A stretch of DNA of 27,493 nucleotides, from positions 1-27,493 of the forward strand of contig JBAXBA010000046.1 of the NCBI GenBank assembly GCA_037142195.1. The letters run 5' to 3'. Every line of letters starts with the position of its first letter. Within the stretch, counting starts at the first letter, position 1. The notes below the pieces were generated by a model, which ran no database searches, had not been told where the DNA came from, and was given only the letters and a program-made list of their open reading frames with translations. Source of the stretch: Pseudomonadota bacterium (GTDB lineage Bacteria; Bdellovibrionota_B; Oligoflexia; Oligoflexales; CAIMVM01). Of the stretch, positions 26,479-27,493 are shown piece after piece. The translations under genes were made by a program, and so were the position numbers.

Positions 26479-26568
26479 GGAGAGGTGGCCGAGTGGCTGA
26501 TGGCGCACGCTTGGAAAGCGTGTTTACTTTAATCGGTAACGGGGGTTCGAATCCCCCTCTCTCCGCCA
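26479..26568 (+). tRNA. tRNA-Ser (anticodon GGA)
   Basis: Acceptor GGAGAGG...TCTCTCC followed by GCCA, anticodon arm CACGC-TTGGAAA-GCGTG, long variable arm and GGTTCGAATCC. 90 nt. Confidence 0.97.
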
Positions 26569-26569
26569 C

Positions 26570-26589
26570 ACTTTTCTTCCAGGAAAAGT
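26570..26589 (+). terminator. Small hairpin immediately after tRNA-Ser
   Basis: ACTTTTCT-TCCA-GGAAAAGT. AT-rich stem without a U-tail. Confidence 0.3.
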
Positions 26590-26737
26590 ATCCTCTATAG
26601 ACTCATGCTACCAACGAGCTTTAACTTGCTGACTCACTGACGGAAAAGTAGGCATGAGAGAACTGCAAAGAAAACACTTTGAATGTTCCCTCCGAAGGCG
26701 ATGTTGTTCGAACTCAGCATCGTTGTAAAGGCACCCC

Positions 26738-27493
26738 TTGAAGCGACGACACGTTCTGATCACGTCCATCATTGTTATCATCATAACCGCTTTTCTGGCA
26801 GGCGTCTGGCTCCTATACAGGAAACCTGCATCGGCCTGGAATATATACGTTCAATATCTTGCCAAAGACTGCTCCTACCCTGAAGGCAGCGAATGCTCGG
26901 ATGCCCAAGCCTGTATATTTCTCAAGCCTCAACGGAGCATTTGCGTCAATCGAGACCCGCATCCCGTGCCAGAAATTGATTATCCGAAACTAGCTGGCAG
27001 CCATTCTGTATGCACTCAGGGGCCACGAACTGCTAAAGGACGAACTCACTCCTATTTGAATACATCGTTGCCGTAGACCTAGCAACGCCAGAGCAGGAAC
27101 CCAATGCTCAAGTTGTATCCGTCTTCGATGGTGAAGCCTTGGTCCACACAGGTTGTGACAATAATGACAATAACAAGTTCAACAACAATGGATGTGGTTA
27201 CGGATTTGGCAACTGGGTCGTCATATTCGACTCAGAGAGTGACTTAGTGGTACTCAATGCACATCTCCGTGACGTTCGCATTAAGGACGGGGAGCGAGTG
27301 CGGAAGGGGCAAGTGATTGGCGAAGAGGGAAAGACGGGTGCGGCTGGTCATCGTCATCTTTACTTCAGCGTTCATCGCAACATCTGGAAAATCACACCCG
27401 ATTTATTCAAAAAATATAGCTTTTGGCTTCCACCTAGTTGTTTTATTGATACACCTCGGATGTCCCGGTCCGGCGCCGACCCGGTTGACGAAT
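26738..27493 (+). pseudogene. Membrane-anchored M23 family peptidase, frameshifted, running off the window
   Basis: The ORF 26738-27076 (TM anchor...RTHSYLNTS) continues in the -1 frame from about 27067 as AVDLA...VVSVFDG...GFGNWVVI...NAHLRDVRIKDGERVRKGQVIGEEGKTGAAGHRHLYFSV, open to the window end. Confidence 0.8.

Noticed and set aside
24237..26568. Canonical tRNA-Ser-ffs-dnaX unit with an island inserted between tRNA and ffs
   Set aside because: The tRNA-Ser is on the opposite strand to ffs/dnaX and I found no flanking direct repeat.
26683..26883. 66-aa ORF with a His-rich stretch
   Set aside because: It is an alternative frame of the M23 gene's Ile-rich transmembrane segment.
1..27493. 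Prophage, integrase, transposase, toxin-antitoxin or anti-phage defence system
   Set aside because: No ORF carries recognisable motifs for these. The patatin-like gene is a stand-alone lipoprotein with no CBASS or other defence partners nearby.

Overview
27.5 kb of moderately AT-rich bacterial chromosome. The gene style (GCKS-type lipoprotein, HTH regulator paired with a small secreted protein) suggests Bdellovibrionota/Oligoflexia, but that is inference only. Left to right: the 3' part of sucA; a coupled HIT-EamA-MFS operon ending in a 5x14-bp tandem repeat; a secreted protein made of two tandem CpcT/CpeT bilin-lyase-like domains; a Kef K+ efflux pair; a large patatin-like lipoprotein lacking the DGG aspartate; a DUF3224 gene; tRNA-Arg(UCG); an old yellow enzyme; a compact biotin cluster bioB<-/->bioFHCDA resembling the horizontally mobile endosymbiont BOOM operon; an ETHE1-type persulfide dioxygenase; SelO/YdiU; dnaX with an A10 tract positioned to give a gamma-like product; SRP RNA; an HTH regulator, a small secreted protein and ogt; tRNA-Ser(GGA); and a frameshifted M23 peptidase running off the end. 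I found no CRISPR array, integrase or transposase, and no clearly novel multi-gene system. The best leads are the tandem CpcT protein, the dnaX slippage site, the BOOM-like operon, the Asp-less patatin and several structured intergenic segments.
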